A stretch of DNA of 64,000 bases from Octopus sinensis (GCF_006345805.1 NC_043007.1:32922001-32986000); one strand, 5' to 3'. Shown: positions 38,530 through 51,469, counted from the first letter of the stretch. The notes: a model not told the origin generated them from the letters alone. Numbers and translations: made by a program.

Positions 38530-39075
38530 CTTCTAAGATGTGGGATTATCCATTTTGCTGCTTAGCCGAAGCACATGGCCGAATCACAACCCTCTACCTT
38601 TCACTAATACTTCATCTATTTACCGTATTTTCGTTATGAATCAAAACACTATTTCTCTGAAAATCATGTCTTTTAATCACCGATCACCTTCGTGATGCTT
38701 CAGTTCCACAGATTCTACAACGATACGCTAAAATTTCATTAGCATGCCATATCTCACTTTCATGTTTTAAATCACTTCTTACAATTAACGTATACCGCCT
38801 AATCTTCGCATGCATCAATTGCTAATCTATTTAATTACGAAGCATTTTAAACCGCTCCCATTCTTTGATTTGCTTTCTTAAATCATTCATTAACTTCTGC
38901 TTGTAAACAGCCGTCATATACTGTAAAAGTTCGAATATATTTATATGTATTTGACACTTTTGGTAAGAGTACATTCGATGACACATTTCTTCTATCCGCT
39001 TCCTCGGTCTTTAAATTTTTAGTTTTGTTGATGTTCATCTTTCTATCTACATCTTTACATTGTCTATTCACACTT
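38530..39075 (-). mobile_element. Decayed RTE-like LINE, RT C-terminal part
   Basis: KMNINKTK...YKYI...DGCLQAEVNE...HESEIW...FGHVLR resembles KINxxKTK / F.YLG..DG..EV..RI / YGSETW / W.GHV.R. Confidence 0.55.
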
Positions 39076-39253
39076 ATAACAACAACCTTGTGTAAGATTC
39101 TTTGTGTCTGCTAATCAAAACAATATGAAACAGCGGAAGCTATGGTAACATCTTTCACTTGTGAACTAAACAGGATACAGACATATCACTAGCAGTGAGG
39201 TGACGCCGAAAAAAGTGAATAGCAATAAGCAGTTGACGATATCTTTGATGATG

Positions 39254-39415
39254 GCGCAGGGGTGGTTGTGTGGTAAGTAACTTGCTTACCAACCATATGG
39301 TTCCTGGTTCAGTCCCACTGCGTGGTACCTTGGGCAAGTGTCTTCTATTATAGCCTCGGGCCGACCAAAGCCTTGTCAGTGGATTTGGTTGACGGAAACT
39401 GAAAGAAGCCCGTCG

Positions 39416-39446
<31 letters not shown>

Positions 39447-39825
39447 ATATATATATTATATATATATATATGTATATATATATATTTAGGTATGTATGTG
39501 TATGTGTTGTGTATCTGTTTTTGTCCCCCCAACATCGCTTGACAACTGATGCTGGTGTGTTTAGGTCCTCGTAACTTACCGGTTCGGCAAAAGAGACCGA
39601 TAGAATAAGTACTCGGCTTACAAAGAATAAGTCCTGGGGTCGATTTCATACAAATCAATATGATTAAATAAGCATTACATTTGACAGAAGAATCTGAATG
39701 CTAAAAAGATAAATAGATGTTGTTACCTTTAGTTAAATATCTCCTGTCAGTTCACATCCAAGACACATATGATGCTCCAGCATGGCCACAGTCAAATGAC
39801 TGAAACAAGTAAAAGAGTAAAAGTG
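39254..39825 (+). mobile_element. SINE family A interrupted near its tail by a 120-bp MITE end
   Basis: Head GGCGCAGGGGTGG, body to about 39648, tail resumes GCTCCAGCATGGCCACAGTC at about 39774. Confidence 0.85.
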
Positions 39826-40061
39826 TATGGCTTCGGATATTTATTTCGAATAGCGGGGTCGCCAAAGCTGGCAACTCTATTTCTCTTGACGGTGAGTTAA
39901 ACAGTGAGATTCACTTTAAGGATATACAGTGCCCTTAAATGAAACCTAAAACAAAAAATATGACCCTTATTCCATCGTAAATAGGGATGTTTAAAAAAAT
40001 TCTATTTTAAACAGAAATTTTAAAAATCCTTATTGAGGCATGGAATATTTGAAAATATATT

Positions 40062-40573
40062 TCTTTATTGCCCACAAGGGGCTAAACATAGAGGGGACAA
40101 ACAAAGACAGACAAAGGGATTAAGTCAACTACATCGACCCCAGTGCGTAACTGGTACTTTATTTATCGACCCCGAAAGGATGAAAGGCAAAGTCGACCTC
40201 GGCAGTGTTTAAACCCAGAACGTAACGACAGACGAAATACTACTGAGCATTTCGCCCGGCGTGCTAACGATTCTGCCAGCTCGCCGCCTTTGAAAATAGT
40301 GGCGAGGAGCAATCGGCAGGGGTGGATGCAATGCCTCGTACTATTTGTTATTTTTTTTATTGCCCACAAGGTGCTAAACATAGAAGGGACAAACAAGGAC
40401 AGACAAAGGAATTAAGTCGACCCCACTACGCAACTGGTACTTAATTTATCGACTCCGAAAGAATGAAATGCAAAGTAGACTTCGGCGGAATTTGAACTTA
40501 GAACGAAACGGCAGACGAAGCACTGCTAAGCATTTCGCCCGGCGTGCTAACGTTTCTACTAGCTCACCGCCAT
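40062..40573 (-). mobile_element. Two SINE family C copies (40062-40288 and 40352-40573)
   Basis: Full alignments with 14567; TTTGAAAATA flanks the first copy on both sides. Confidence 0.88.
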
Positions 40574-41689
40574 CGTAGTATTTGTTCTGATTCTCTGTGG
40601 CCCAAGTTTCAATCCTCTACTGAGGTCAAATATGCTCTACATTCTTTCAATGTGGATTTTAAAATGTACCACTGCGGTCTCGTAGATATTTACCAATGAC
40701 AAAACCGCCTCTTTGGGGGGGGGGGTCTAGTAGCAACGCCTGTAACGACTCTGGTACCAAGCTGTGCCGGCTAAAGCTAGCATCTTTTTCTGTTGATAAA
40801 CAGTCTTTCTCAAAACAATCTTGCTCAACATTTGCACCTATTTGTAAAGATGTATGTTCAACACTGAGTGATAGAGATCCTACAACAATAGCAAGATGAT
40901 AGATTGGAGCATACACAGAGTACGCTAGAAAAATCGAGAACTTAGTCTTGTAGGAATAAATCCAAATTTTTATGATAGACAGTGATAAATCTTTTGATCT
41001 GGGAAGAAAAGGAAAATGAGAGTTGGTTGGATACGGAATAAAAGGCCTTTAAGAGCATTAGCGGAATGGAAACCTTTAGCTGATGGAAGAATTGCATTTA
41101 GTGAAATATAAAGCTAAATAATAAAACATTAATATTATTGTTTGTTACGAATTTATAAATTATGCAGCAAATGATCAGCAACCGCCATGCTGTTCATTGT
41201 TGCGAGAGGATTTTCGTAACATCCTGGCAATGGATATGACGATTGTAATTGACGATCTTAGTGCGAATACTGATAATATCAACAAAAGGATGGAACATAC
41301 GAAGGATTTGCATCGCTTTTAAGAAGCTTATAAAAATGTTGTAAGATTAATTAACTTTCTCACAACCAACAAGATCACAATGCCACAATGTCACAATGAA
41401 AATCCTTTAAACTTAAAAAAAATATTCATAAATATGTTTGGACATCTTGGGTAAAAAGAAGGGAAGTATCATCACAGTTAAGATAGTAGGATGTTAGAAG
41501 TCAGAGCATATCGAAGTATAAATATCGAAAGTGCCACCTGTTGGTAATAGGGACAATTCGGTTAAAAGTTGTTGAAGCATGATAAAATTAAAGAAAGATT
41601 TGGTATAAAAACGCGAAAAAATCGATTTTGCAGAGTTTGAATCTATGAAAGAAAATGGCGCATGGAAGCATGTCAAAATGTAGTCTGGG

Positions 41690-42080
41690 AAGAGGTGGGG
41701 GTGGCAGAGGAGGATGAGGCGGAGGAGGAGGAGGAGAAGAAGAAGAAGAAGAAAAGAAGAAGAAGAAGAAGAAAGAAGAAGAAGAAGGAGAAGGAGGAGG
41801 AGAAGAAGGAGGAGGAGAAGAAGAAGAAGAAGAAGAGAAGAAGAAGAAGAAGGAGAAGAAGAAGAAGAAGAAGAAGAAGAAGAGAAGAGAAGAAGAGAAG
41901 AAGAAGAAGAAGAAGAAGAAAAGAGGATGAAGAAGAAGAAGAAGAAGAAGGAGAAGAAGAAGAAGAAGAAGAAGAAGAAGAAAAAGGAAAAGAGGATGAA
42001 GAAGAAGAAGAAGAAGAAGAAGAAGAAGAAGAAGAAGAAGAAGAAGAAGAAGAAAAGAAGAAGAAGGAGAAGGGTGTAGA
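41690..42080 (+). repeat. Compound (GAA)n/(GAG)n microsatellite
   Basis: Direct inspection; explains the poly-E/K/R/F/S/L ORFs. Confidence 0.97.
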
Positions 42081-42559
42081 GGAAACATACTAAATCATTG
42101 AAGCATGAAAGGAACAAAAGCTGAATTGTTTAAAGCTTGAGAGGGAATATGACGGACATTAAACTTGTAATAGTTAAATATTGGAGTTTTAGCAGAGAGG
42201 TGAAAAGATGTTGAAAAAGAGATAACAGAAAATCGTTGGAAGTGAAAAACTGATAAAGTAGAGAAATTATTCAACGTAGCAGACAAGAAAGGAATCGGGA
42301 AAAGCTTCTGAAATCATAAATCATATTACAGGCAAAGCAATAAGATCAAAAAGACAATTTGTGTTTAACGTTGATGGGGAACTAATAATATCTGATAAAA
42401 ACATGCAATAAAGGCGGGAAAAGACCGTTTTAATACGATCGTGAACAAGGTATTTAATGGGAGAAATTATCTGATAATTCCCGAACCTCACGAGGTGCTG
42501 GAAGTAACTGTACATGAAACAGCTGTCAAAAGAAATTGCAAGAGCAATTGAACAATCAA

Positions 42560-43725
42560 AAAGTAAAACGGAGAAGCTCCTGGATTAATTAAGATTCCAT
42601 GAGAAATACCAAATAGAGATAAGCAAATGACTGTAAGTGCATTGTTGGAGCATATTCGTAGCCTGTGAAATATTGAACAGATATCTGAATAATAGAACAT
42701 TTGTGTTGTGACTAGGATGCAAAAACAATTGAAGTGTCTCTAAAGAGCAGGAATATGATGGCTATAACTTCGAGCTGTATGATATTGAAGGTGTTCAATT
42801 TGGTCATGCTGAAAAGGATATCAGTTGTATTGGGAAATACATTGAGGAATAAACAATTAGGGTTCCAATGATCGCGAGGATGTAATGACCAGATAGTTTT
42901 GCTCATGTGTTTTATACAGTAATATGTAACATTGACATAAGCCATACTTCCCCAATGACTTTTGCCGATTTTGAATTGGCATTTGATGCTTACAGTTTAG
43001 AAACGAAAAGCAAGTCAAGGTCATACCTCGAGAAACTGCATATCAAAAATTGTGGATGGTCAACGGCAAAATCAGTTTCAGTTTGCGAGGAATGTTACAA
43101 GGTGTTCTATTGCGTTCACAGTTCTAATCAACTATGCCATGAAGTAATTACTCTGAAATAGAAATGAGAGAAATGAAAGAATTTATACGGAAATTAATAC
43201 ATTTACATTAGGCTGCTAGTATAATACACAGACATATTTATCTCTGTATTACTATATTATATATATATATACATATATAAATGGAGCTAAAGGCAGGTGT
43301 TATTCAAATCTTTATACTTCCGACATATGTTTCGATGAAAACATTGGTATTATTCTAGAAGAAATGAAATGATGTAGAACAATACAAACAAGTTGTAGAT
43401 CCGTAAAGGTGGGTCCATAAAGATATGCCCGACAGTTTTGACGTCACGATGGGAAGTTCTGATTCAGCACAAATCGCTTACTTTGTCGGCATATATATCC
43501 ATTATGAGATGGCTGACCAATTCCCAAATACCAATGGAGGTCTATATCGTGATGATATTCTACTCTACCTTCAAAATGCTTCTAACCAAAAACTACAACG
43601 GGTTAAAAACGGGTTGGTTAAATTTTTCCGAAACATGGGCTTAAGCATTGTTTTCGGCGAAGATATAACTGAAGCCAACTTTCTGGATGTTACTCTTAAG
43701 TTACATAATGATTCGTATTTCCCAT
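42560..43725 (+). mobile_element. Degenerate Penelope-like element RT region
   Basis: 43425-43725: FDVTMGSSDSAQ...GLYRDDILL...NFLDVTLKLHNDSYFPY (PLE RT motifs); weaker GLIKIH-like motif near 42580. Confidence 0.8.
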
Positions 43726-43879
43726 ACCACACACACACAGACACACACACACAGACACACACACACACAGACACATTATGCCACATTTAAGTTAGCAGTA
43801 ACTATCAATGAGCAAGTTGATATATGCATGCGATTTCAAAAGTGAAAGTGGCTATTATATAGCTCCTAACATCCCATCA

Positions 43880-44235
43880 TCATCATCATTGTTCGACCGT
43901 GGTCGAGACAATGGAATTCACCATGCTACGCCAGGCTTCACGGTCCATCATAGCATTACAGAGGTCCTGTTGCTGGATGCCTGTATCCCTGGAGATTACA
44001 TCAGGGTAGGAGAGTGTACACCCTCTGGTATTGCGAGTAGATGGCTTCCAGAGGAGAAGAGGAGAAATTACCTCGTTTTCAGCTCTACAACAATGTCCAG
44101 CAAACTGGACTCTCCTACCCTTTACAAGAGATGACACAGGTGGTAGTTTCCCATATATTTGCATTTTGGTTGGATGACGCATCCACGAGAGATTTTTGAG
44201 CTCTCATAAGGAGGCGAGTGTAAGTTCCATCCAAC
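43880..44235 (-). mobile_element. RTE-clade LINE 3' end with (TGA)n tail
   Basis: HPTKMQIYGKLPPVSSLVKGRRVQFAGHCCRAENEVISPLLLWKP...MMDREAWR followed by TGATGATGATG. Confidence 0.85.
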
Positions 44236-44468
44236 CGCCTCTCAAAGGAATGGAATTGAAAATTTAATTAATTATTAATGCACGCACTTTTTCAATTGAA
44301 AAATAATAACATCCCAAGTTATTATATCTCCCCAGTAAATCCCCTACGAAAATACCTTTCATGACATTTTTGTAATTTAAATTCTCAATAAAACATAAGT
44401 AAACCTTTCGTACCTCCATCGACTTCTAATCTATATATGTTACCCCGTCGTTACCTCAAGAACATACA

Positions 44469-44634
44469 GGCGCAGGAGTGGCTGTGTGGTAAGTAGCTTG
44501 TTTACCAACCACATGGTTCTGGGTTGCAGTCTCACTGCGTGGAACCTTGGGCAAGTGTCCTCTACTATAGCCTCGGGCCGACCAAAGCTTTGTGAGTGGA
44601 TTTGGTAGACGGAAACTGAAAGAAGCCCGTCGTA

Positions 44635-44683
<49 letters not shown>

Positions 44684-44880
44684 TATATATATGCGTGTGT
44701 GTATTTGTGTGTCTGTGTTTGCTTGACAACTGATGCTGGTGTGTTTATGTCCCCGGCAAAAGAGACCGATAGAATAATTACTGGGCTTACAAAAGAATAA
44801 GGGTCGAGTTGCTCGATTAAAGGCGGTGCTCTAGCATGGCCGCAGTGAAATGACTAAAACAAGTAAAAGAGTAAAAGAGA
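44469..44880 (+). mobile_element. SINE family A, near full length
   Basis: Complete head and tail. Confidence 0.92.
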
Positions 44881-46040
44881 GCGTGACGAATCGAACAACC
44901 TCGTGCAGCTTGTCAGCGGCTTACGTGATAAACAGTTATTCAAACATCAGATTGATAAAATTCCATATTTACCTTATTTATTATATTTAATGATCATTCT
45001 TCTTTCTCGTCGTTTAACTTCCATACTCTTAGCACACCGACAAGATGGTGAGCCGTTGCACACTTTCATAGATTAAATATCATGCTTATTCTACTCCGCT
45101 TTTGTATCTGGTTTGTAAGATTCTTTACATGAACTCATGTATTGAAACAAATTTTGTTGTGTCTAGGGAGAGTCATTATGCCAATATTATTAACGCAAGC
45201 ACTTTTCCAATTCCATTCCTTTGTTGTTAGTCAATTGGTTAAATATCCAATTAACTAATCGATTGTTTGTTTAATTTGGTGAAACAGTAAGCCATAGTTA
45301 ATCTAAAATTGTGCTATTTAGGTTCATGCGCGTCTAACTTCTGTGTGTACATATACATACATGCACATGCATATATGAATGTATATTCATATACATGTGT
45401 GTGTTCGTGTGTATTTACCTGTGTTAAATTAAAGACAACACTGTGTTAGAGATAAATCTTTTTTCTTCTTCACTTTAGGCCTTTTCATCTTCCGTAATTA
45501 ATCCTCTATGTTAACTTTCGTGCAACAGCGTTACAAAACCATTAATCCATTAATATTCCAGAAACCTTTTGGGCTTCAGTACCACAAGGAAATGTCTGTA
45601 AAATACGTTGTCCGCATAATTCGTAGTTGGTTGCAAAATTTAATTTTAATAATTTTAAGACTAATGAAAATCAATTAAGTCCTAATGATGAAAGTGATAC
45701 ATTATACGTGTGCCATATCAGTGAGTTGATTTTATTTTCGTTTATTTATTTACTTTGCTTTGTATTTCGTTATAAGTAAAAGTACAATAATTAGTATTCT
45801 CATTTTAGTCAAATTCACTATGAAAATGTAATCCTGCCAATTAATCGTTTTCCATTATATCTTTTATTTATAAATTTTATATAAGCCGCGATGGCAGCGT
45901 ATTTTAATGAACTAAGACAGAAACATGAAAAATTCTTAATAAATTCTCCGGTACAGTTTTGTGTTTAGTATATTGAATATTTGAAAGAAGGGCTACTCAA
46001 TAAATGCACACACACACACACACACGTGTGTGTCTAAGTG

Positions 46041-46080
<40 letters not shown>

Positions 46081-46089
46081 CGCGTGTGT

Positions 46090-46260
46090 GTAGGGAGAGT
46101 TTACGAAAAAGACAAAAGACGAAGACAGGTGGTATACAAAAGAAACAGATGTATTAGTATAACGCTCTTCTACAGAAAGTGACACAGAAAAAAACAAGGA
46201 GAGAAACAAGGAGAGAAAAAAGAGGAGAGAAAAATGTGTGTAGTGGCTAACGATCTATTA
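46090..46260 (-). mobile_element. Family H1 copy with the hammerhead-like motif partly deleted
   Basis: Body matches 7245 and 17985; deletion joins the two ACGCTC motifs, leaving GCTCTTCTACAGAAAG. Confidence 0.6.
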
Positions 46261-46283
46261 TATATATATATATATATATATAT

Positions 46284-46887
46284 AAACAATAATAAATCTC
46301 TGAACGAGATATAAACAGTAACTGCTCGACAACGTAAGGGGGATCAGCCATCTGAATGTGGCTAGGGACAGGGCGGGGTGGTGGGGGGGTTACTGATGCT
46401 TTTAGCCCCAGGCGATCATCAACGCCACCAGAAGGACTGACACCATATCAGTGTCCTTGTTTGCCTGTAAAGGGAGGTCATCCTCCCTCGAAGATACGGA
46501 TACTACATACGGACCGGTTTCGAGGTCATTGCCTCTTATCAACGTATGGTAAGCACCGCTCTTCGATGAAGGATTCCCTCTACAAGCAACATACATAAGG
46601 TTTTTCACAGTAACTACTGTCACTGATGTAGAAAAACTGTCTGAAAACAACAATAAATCTCTGAACGAGATATAAACAGTAACTGCTCGACAACGTAAGG
46701 GAGATCAGCCATCTGAATGTGGCTAGGGACAGGGCGGGGTGGTGGGGTGTTACTGATGCTTTTAGCCCCAGGCGATCATCAACGTCACCAGAAGGACGTT
46801 GATGATCATCTGGGGCTAAAAGCATCAATAACACCCCCACCACCCCGCCCTGTCCTAGCCACATTCAGATGGCTGATCCCCCTTACG

Positions 46888-46889
<2 letters not shown>
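46284..46889 (-). mobile_element. Family H3: 361-bp partial-tandem unit plus inverted end (Penelope pLTR/retrozyme-like)
   Basis: AATAAATCTCTGAACGAG at 46291 and 46652 (about 150-bp direct repeat); 46795-46889 is the inverse of 46692-46786. Confidence 0.8.
46506..46548 (-). ncRNA. Type I hammerhead ribozyme motif
   Basis: Minus strand CATACG-TTGATAA-GAGG-CAATGA-CCTC-GAAAC-CG-GTC-CGTATG: 6-bp stem I, 4-bp stem II with G-C closing pair, palindromic stem III ACCGGT, GUC triplet; core has two transitions from CUGAUGA. Confidence 0.75.
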
Positions 46890-46925
<36 letters not shown>

Positions 46926-47219
46926 AGGATTATTTGACACAGTTGAGACGTTAAATCAAAAATAGGAGGTATTCAAATGTTTTACTTGCAGATATCGAAT
47001 ATTATTAACATGTGAAAATATGGAAAATTATCGTTCGGAATGCCGTTTAATTGACTGGATGGCTGAAGAAACGGTAAAAAAAGCATACACGACATTTCTA
47101 AGGACATGAAGGCAATCTGTACGAAATAAGTTTAATTACAATATGAAATTATCTGAGACATCTGGGGAACTGTGCATTGAAATGAAAAAAAATGCTTGAC
47201 TTTAACGACGGGCATTTGA

Positions 47220-47977
47220 TGAAACATTAACATAACCTATCCTGCTGCTCGGAGACAATCCAGATTCTAAACAATGGATCATTTCGGTTTGAACGGCAGT
47301 TTTTAACATAATTTCTAGCTAACTAAAACATTTTAAACTTCGTATACAGGTAGAATGTGTTTATAAAACATCTTTTTCTCTTGGCTTTATTGAGAAAATT
47401 CTATAGTTTGTAAGATATTTGTTGTTTTTTTTTCTTCAATTTCTGCAATTTCAACCAATCACTGACGTCTATTGAGGTAAAAAAAACATTCTGTGCCGTA
47501 TGAAAATGTCCCTCGTTTAAGAAACAGATTGGGCTTATTTACATTTGTGGAGAAAAAAGATACCCTTCCCTCCACCCCTAACCCTAACCCTAACTAACCC
47601 TAACCCTAAAACAGATTGAAATGCAATAGATCGATACTAGGGTCATAATTAAGGGTGACAATTTCATATGACACCGCTAGAAAAAACTGCCGTTCAAACC
47701 GAAAAGGTCCCAAACATTTTCTTCGTAATATAAGATTCTACAATTCCGCTTTCCAAATGACCAGCTTATTGTTCCCCTATAGTGACGATGGCTACCGCAT
47801 TAACTTGCCAAAGTTTAATACAGAAACGTTAATGCATCTTCAAGCACGGAAAATCATTTCACAAATGAAATTTTATGCATTTCGGCTTATGGTTCGCAAC
47901 AACAATATCGGCATTCTTCATAGAACACGGATGCTCCTCAATCAATACTGTGTAGGCGTATTTGCCAAGGTAGATAT
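47220..47977 (+). mobile_element. Helitron Rep N-terminal fragment, interrupted by a MITE
   Basis: LLLGDNPDSK/HFLRNIRFYNSAFQMTS, LLFPYSDDGY, FYAFRLMVR...ILHRTRMLLNQYCVGVFAKV match Helitron Rep-region motifs. Confidence 0.8.
47276..47710. mobile_element. MITE with about 28-bp TIRs containing (CCCTAA)n
   Basis: GGATCATTTCGGTTTGAACGGCAGTTTT ... AAAACTGCCGTTCAAACCGAAAAGGTCC; imperfect 8-bp flanking repeat TAAACAAT/CAAACATT; (CCCTAA)n at 47576-47609. Confidence 0.85.
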
Positions 47978-48044
47978 TTCTTATTTTTGGATTTCTTTTA
48001 GAAAATTTCCTTAGCCAGGTCACTAGCTATTTATTCCACACATT

Positions 48045-48330
48045 TCTTCCCTTGTAAATGAGGCAAGCTATCCGCTCCATTGGAGCAGCATATACCGGTA
48101 GATTCTGCTGGCCACCTCATTGCATTACAATGGATTTAAATTGTAGACATGTTGCCAATAATGATATGTGAGTGTGATGCGTAGTCTTCATGTGGGCTGT
48201 AATGAAAGGCCTTGTTAGACCAGTAACAGGAAGAAAGCCTTGAAAAAACATGAGAACGCATTTTACGTTGAGAATCAGCCCCATGCCTTGTGACCTTTTG
48301 TTCAACAGATCTAAACCACGCGAGCACGCC
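48045..48330 (-). mobile_element. Helitron N-terminal Zn-binding fragment
   Basis: AFHYSPHEDYASHSHIIIGNMSTI*IHCNAMRWPAESTGICCSNGADSLPHL fits IG.M...C.HC.A..W..E..G.CC.NG...LP.L. Confidence 0.8.
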
Positions 48331-49329
48331 GGAGTTCTGCTTGTTAAGCTGTCTGTGATGCTCTGGTGACTGCAGTAGAGGCGCGCCGAGCTACACATCG
48401 TTCTTCTGTCTCGCTTGCCCGTAAGGAATTCAACTCAAAATGGAAGTATTTTTTGTTTTTCTGCTAATGTGACTCCTGCTTTTTCGAGGAATCCTATCAA
48501 AAATTTGTAATTGAATAAAAACCAGAAGACTTCAAATGGGATATAGGGTTCGGCAATATGCGATGTTGACCAATAAAGAAGCAAAACTTACCAGAACCGA
48601 CCGAATAGTGCTTTTTTTTTTAGAATGTAACCGATGAATTTGATCTGTTAAATTCATAAAAATAAGAAGAATTTGACAAAATATCGTTCAATTATGCTTA
48701 CTGATAAAAAAAAAATAAGTCGTAATTTGAAATGTTGATACTAATATTCCTTCTTCATGAAATGGAATTAAAACATAAATAATGGGCATGTACATGACAA
48801 ATCAAGTGAGTCATGCAAAAGACACAGCATAAAACAGAGGTTCTCAAACATTTTGGGCCACCGCCTCCCTCATGGCCACATAATATCCTTAGTGCTCCAC
48901 CTCTATTTTTATGTATGAATAAATATTTTATATTTTACAAATTTATATACACTATGAATCATTTGGCATCTAATATAATATTATATGATACAATATGATA
49001 CAATAATACAACAATATTATAATAGATTCATTGTGTCCCCCAATCCACTGGATTCCTCCCAACGCCTCCTTTTTCTCTACCGCTCCCCAACGCCCCTTTA
49101 GGTGCCGTCTCAACCGGTAACATTACGATCATTATCATTATTGCGTAACCCTGTGATTCCTGAAACAGCTGTCGATTTACGTATTTGCTTCATATTCTGT
49201 TCTGTATCTTTTGTGCTCCTGAGTCGATTAGTTCCACCAAGATTCATCGAGGCGGTGCCACAGCATGGCCGTAGTCTATTAACTAAAACAAACTAAAGAT
49301 AAAAGATTAAAGATATATATATATATATA

Positions 49330-49366
<37 letters not shown>

Positions 49367-50118
49367 AGCTTCTCTGTATTTATTTGAATTAATACCTATT
49401 TCCCTATATGTGTGTGTATGTGTGTGTGTGTTTGTTTGTCTGTGTCTGTGTTTTTCTACGTGTGTGCGTGTGAGTGTGTTTGTGTCTGCGTGTGTGTATG
49501 TCTTTGTGTGTCTCTGTGTGTGTGAGTGTGTGAATAAGTTTGTGAGTGTGTATGTGTGTGTATTAAGTGCAGTAAAAAAAGCCTCTCGGGTATACAATAT
49601 TCGATAAACATTTCAACAACAAATGGACGGTGTGCATCGATCCAAGTCATTGCTGGTAACAATAAATAAATAAATAATCCGAGCTCAAAATCATCAGTCG
49701 CATGAAGTCACCGTTACTGACTGAATAACTTCACTAGCGGCGAGGAGCCATTGAAATAGGGTTTTTTTCTGCCGCATATCACAAACGGTTGCTTTTTCGC
49801 ATCCCTCTAATGTTTGCGAACAAACGTTAAGATGACGCATTAAGTGCTCTGTGTGTAAATTTGAGATTCTGTAGAGTATGTCGGTGTGTTTACATAATAC
49901 AGACAGCTGTACTTTTAAAGAGCCTATGTTAGTCTGTGTATAATGAGGTCTATCTTTCGGAATAAAACTCAACTAAGAAATTCTAGCTTAATTGATGACA
50001 AATTATGACAGCAAAATCTGATGAACAAAATAAATACATAAATAAATAAAAGAAGGGAGGAATTTCAAATATATCATAGAAGTGCGTATCTATCTATCTG
50101 TCTATCTATCTATCTATA

Positions 50119-50179
<61 letters not shown>

Positions 50180-50336
50180 GTCTGTCTGTCTGCTTGTCTG
50201 TTTCACTATCTACCTATCTACCTACCTATCTAGCTATCTATCTATGTATTTATCTATTTATCTAGCTCGCTGTCTCTCTATGTCAATACATACACACACA
50301 CATGCATGAAATACATGATTACATAATGTTTCCACA

Positions 50337-50730
50337 TGCGAGCTGACAGAAACGCTAGCACACCGGGCGAAATACGTAGCCGTATTTCGTCTGCCGTTAC
50401 ATTGTGAGTTCGAATTCCACCGAGGTCGACTTTGCCTTTCATTATTTCGGGGTCGATAAATTAAGTACCAGTTATGCACTGGGGTCGATGTAATCGACTT
50501 AATCCTCTTGTTTGTCCTTGTTTGTCCCCTCTATGTTGGCCCCTTGTGGGTAGTAAAGAAATAGGTATTTCGTCTGCCGCTACGTTCTGAGTTCAAATTC
50601 CGCCGAGGTTGACTTTGCCTTTCATCCTTTCGGGTTCGATAAACTAAGTACCAGTTACGTACTGGAGTCGATGTAATCGACTGGCTTCCTCCCCAAAAGT
50701 TTCAGGCCTTGTGCCTAGAGTAGAAAAGAA
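50337..50730 (+). mobile_element. SINE family C dimer (tail a unit joined to tail b unit)
   Basis: Junction GTAAAGAAATA|GGTATTTCGTCTGCC at about 50563; ends CCTTGTGCCTAGAGTAGAAAAGA. Confidence 0.88.
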
Positions 50731-50831
50731 TGTTTCCACATATGTAATTATTTCGACATTTTACTCGTAAAACTGAATACTACACAATTTACCTGCCTAT
50801 TTTTTCTACGATGCGTGTGGCAGTATGTATG

Positions 50832-50882
<51 letters not shown>

Positions 50883-51469
50883 GTATGTATGTATGTATGT
50901 ATGTATGTATGTATGTATGTATGTATGTATGTATGTATGTATGTATGTATTTATGTATGTCGGTGAATGTATATATGTAGGTGAATTATCTTTGGGGATG
51001 GTCAAGGAAAAAAAAGCACATTTAAATCCCTGTACCAACTATATCACCAGCACCAGAAAGCTTGGAAACAGGACATTGAAGCGTCGATAGTTCTTCGCTT
51101 TCAGCGAAGTATTAGCCAGAGTAATCTGGTAAAACTCCACTCCATGCTTGTAAGATGATGGGGAGAAATTAATTTTATCGTTGGAGTCAATGTAAACAGA
51201 GGGGGATATAAGGATTATAGTCTAGAAGGGGATAATTCTGAAGAGCAAGAAGGAGCTTAAGGGGTTGTGCGTTTAGAAAAATCCTACCTGTTTAATTAAG
51301 GACCATCTTTCTGAACTTAACGACAACTCAGGTTTTCGAGACGTGATTAAAAATTAAAGTGATGTTCTGAAGATTGTCCTGTGACCGAGAAAAGATCGTT
51401 AGATTTCTTTGTATCTAAGAGAAATTACTCGGTACTTCTCGATCGTTAATATTTGTGAATTATTGACAT

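Noticed and set aside
41494-42117. Long poly-E/K/R and poly-F/S/L ORFs
   Set aside because: Read-through of a (GAA)n/(GAG)n tract.
43317-43334. CGAAAC-ATAT-GTC-GGAAG (minus), 3' half of a hammerhead inside the PLE remnant; similar decayed piece at 3021-3060
   Set aside because: The 5' core and stem II are missing, so no complete fold can be supported.
48836-49100. CAGAGGTTCTCAAAC hAT-like terminus
   Set aside because: No matching right TIR or TSD found.
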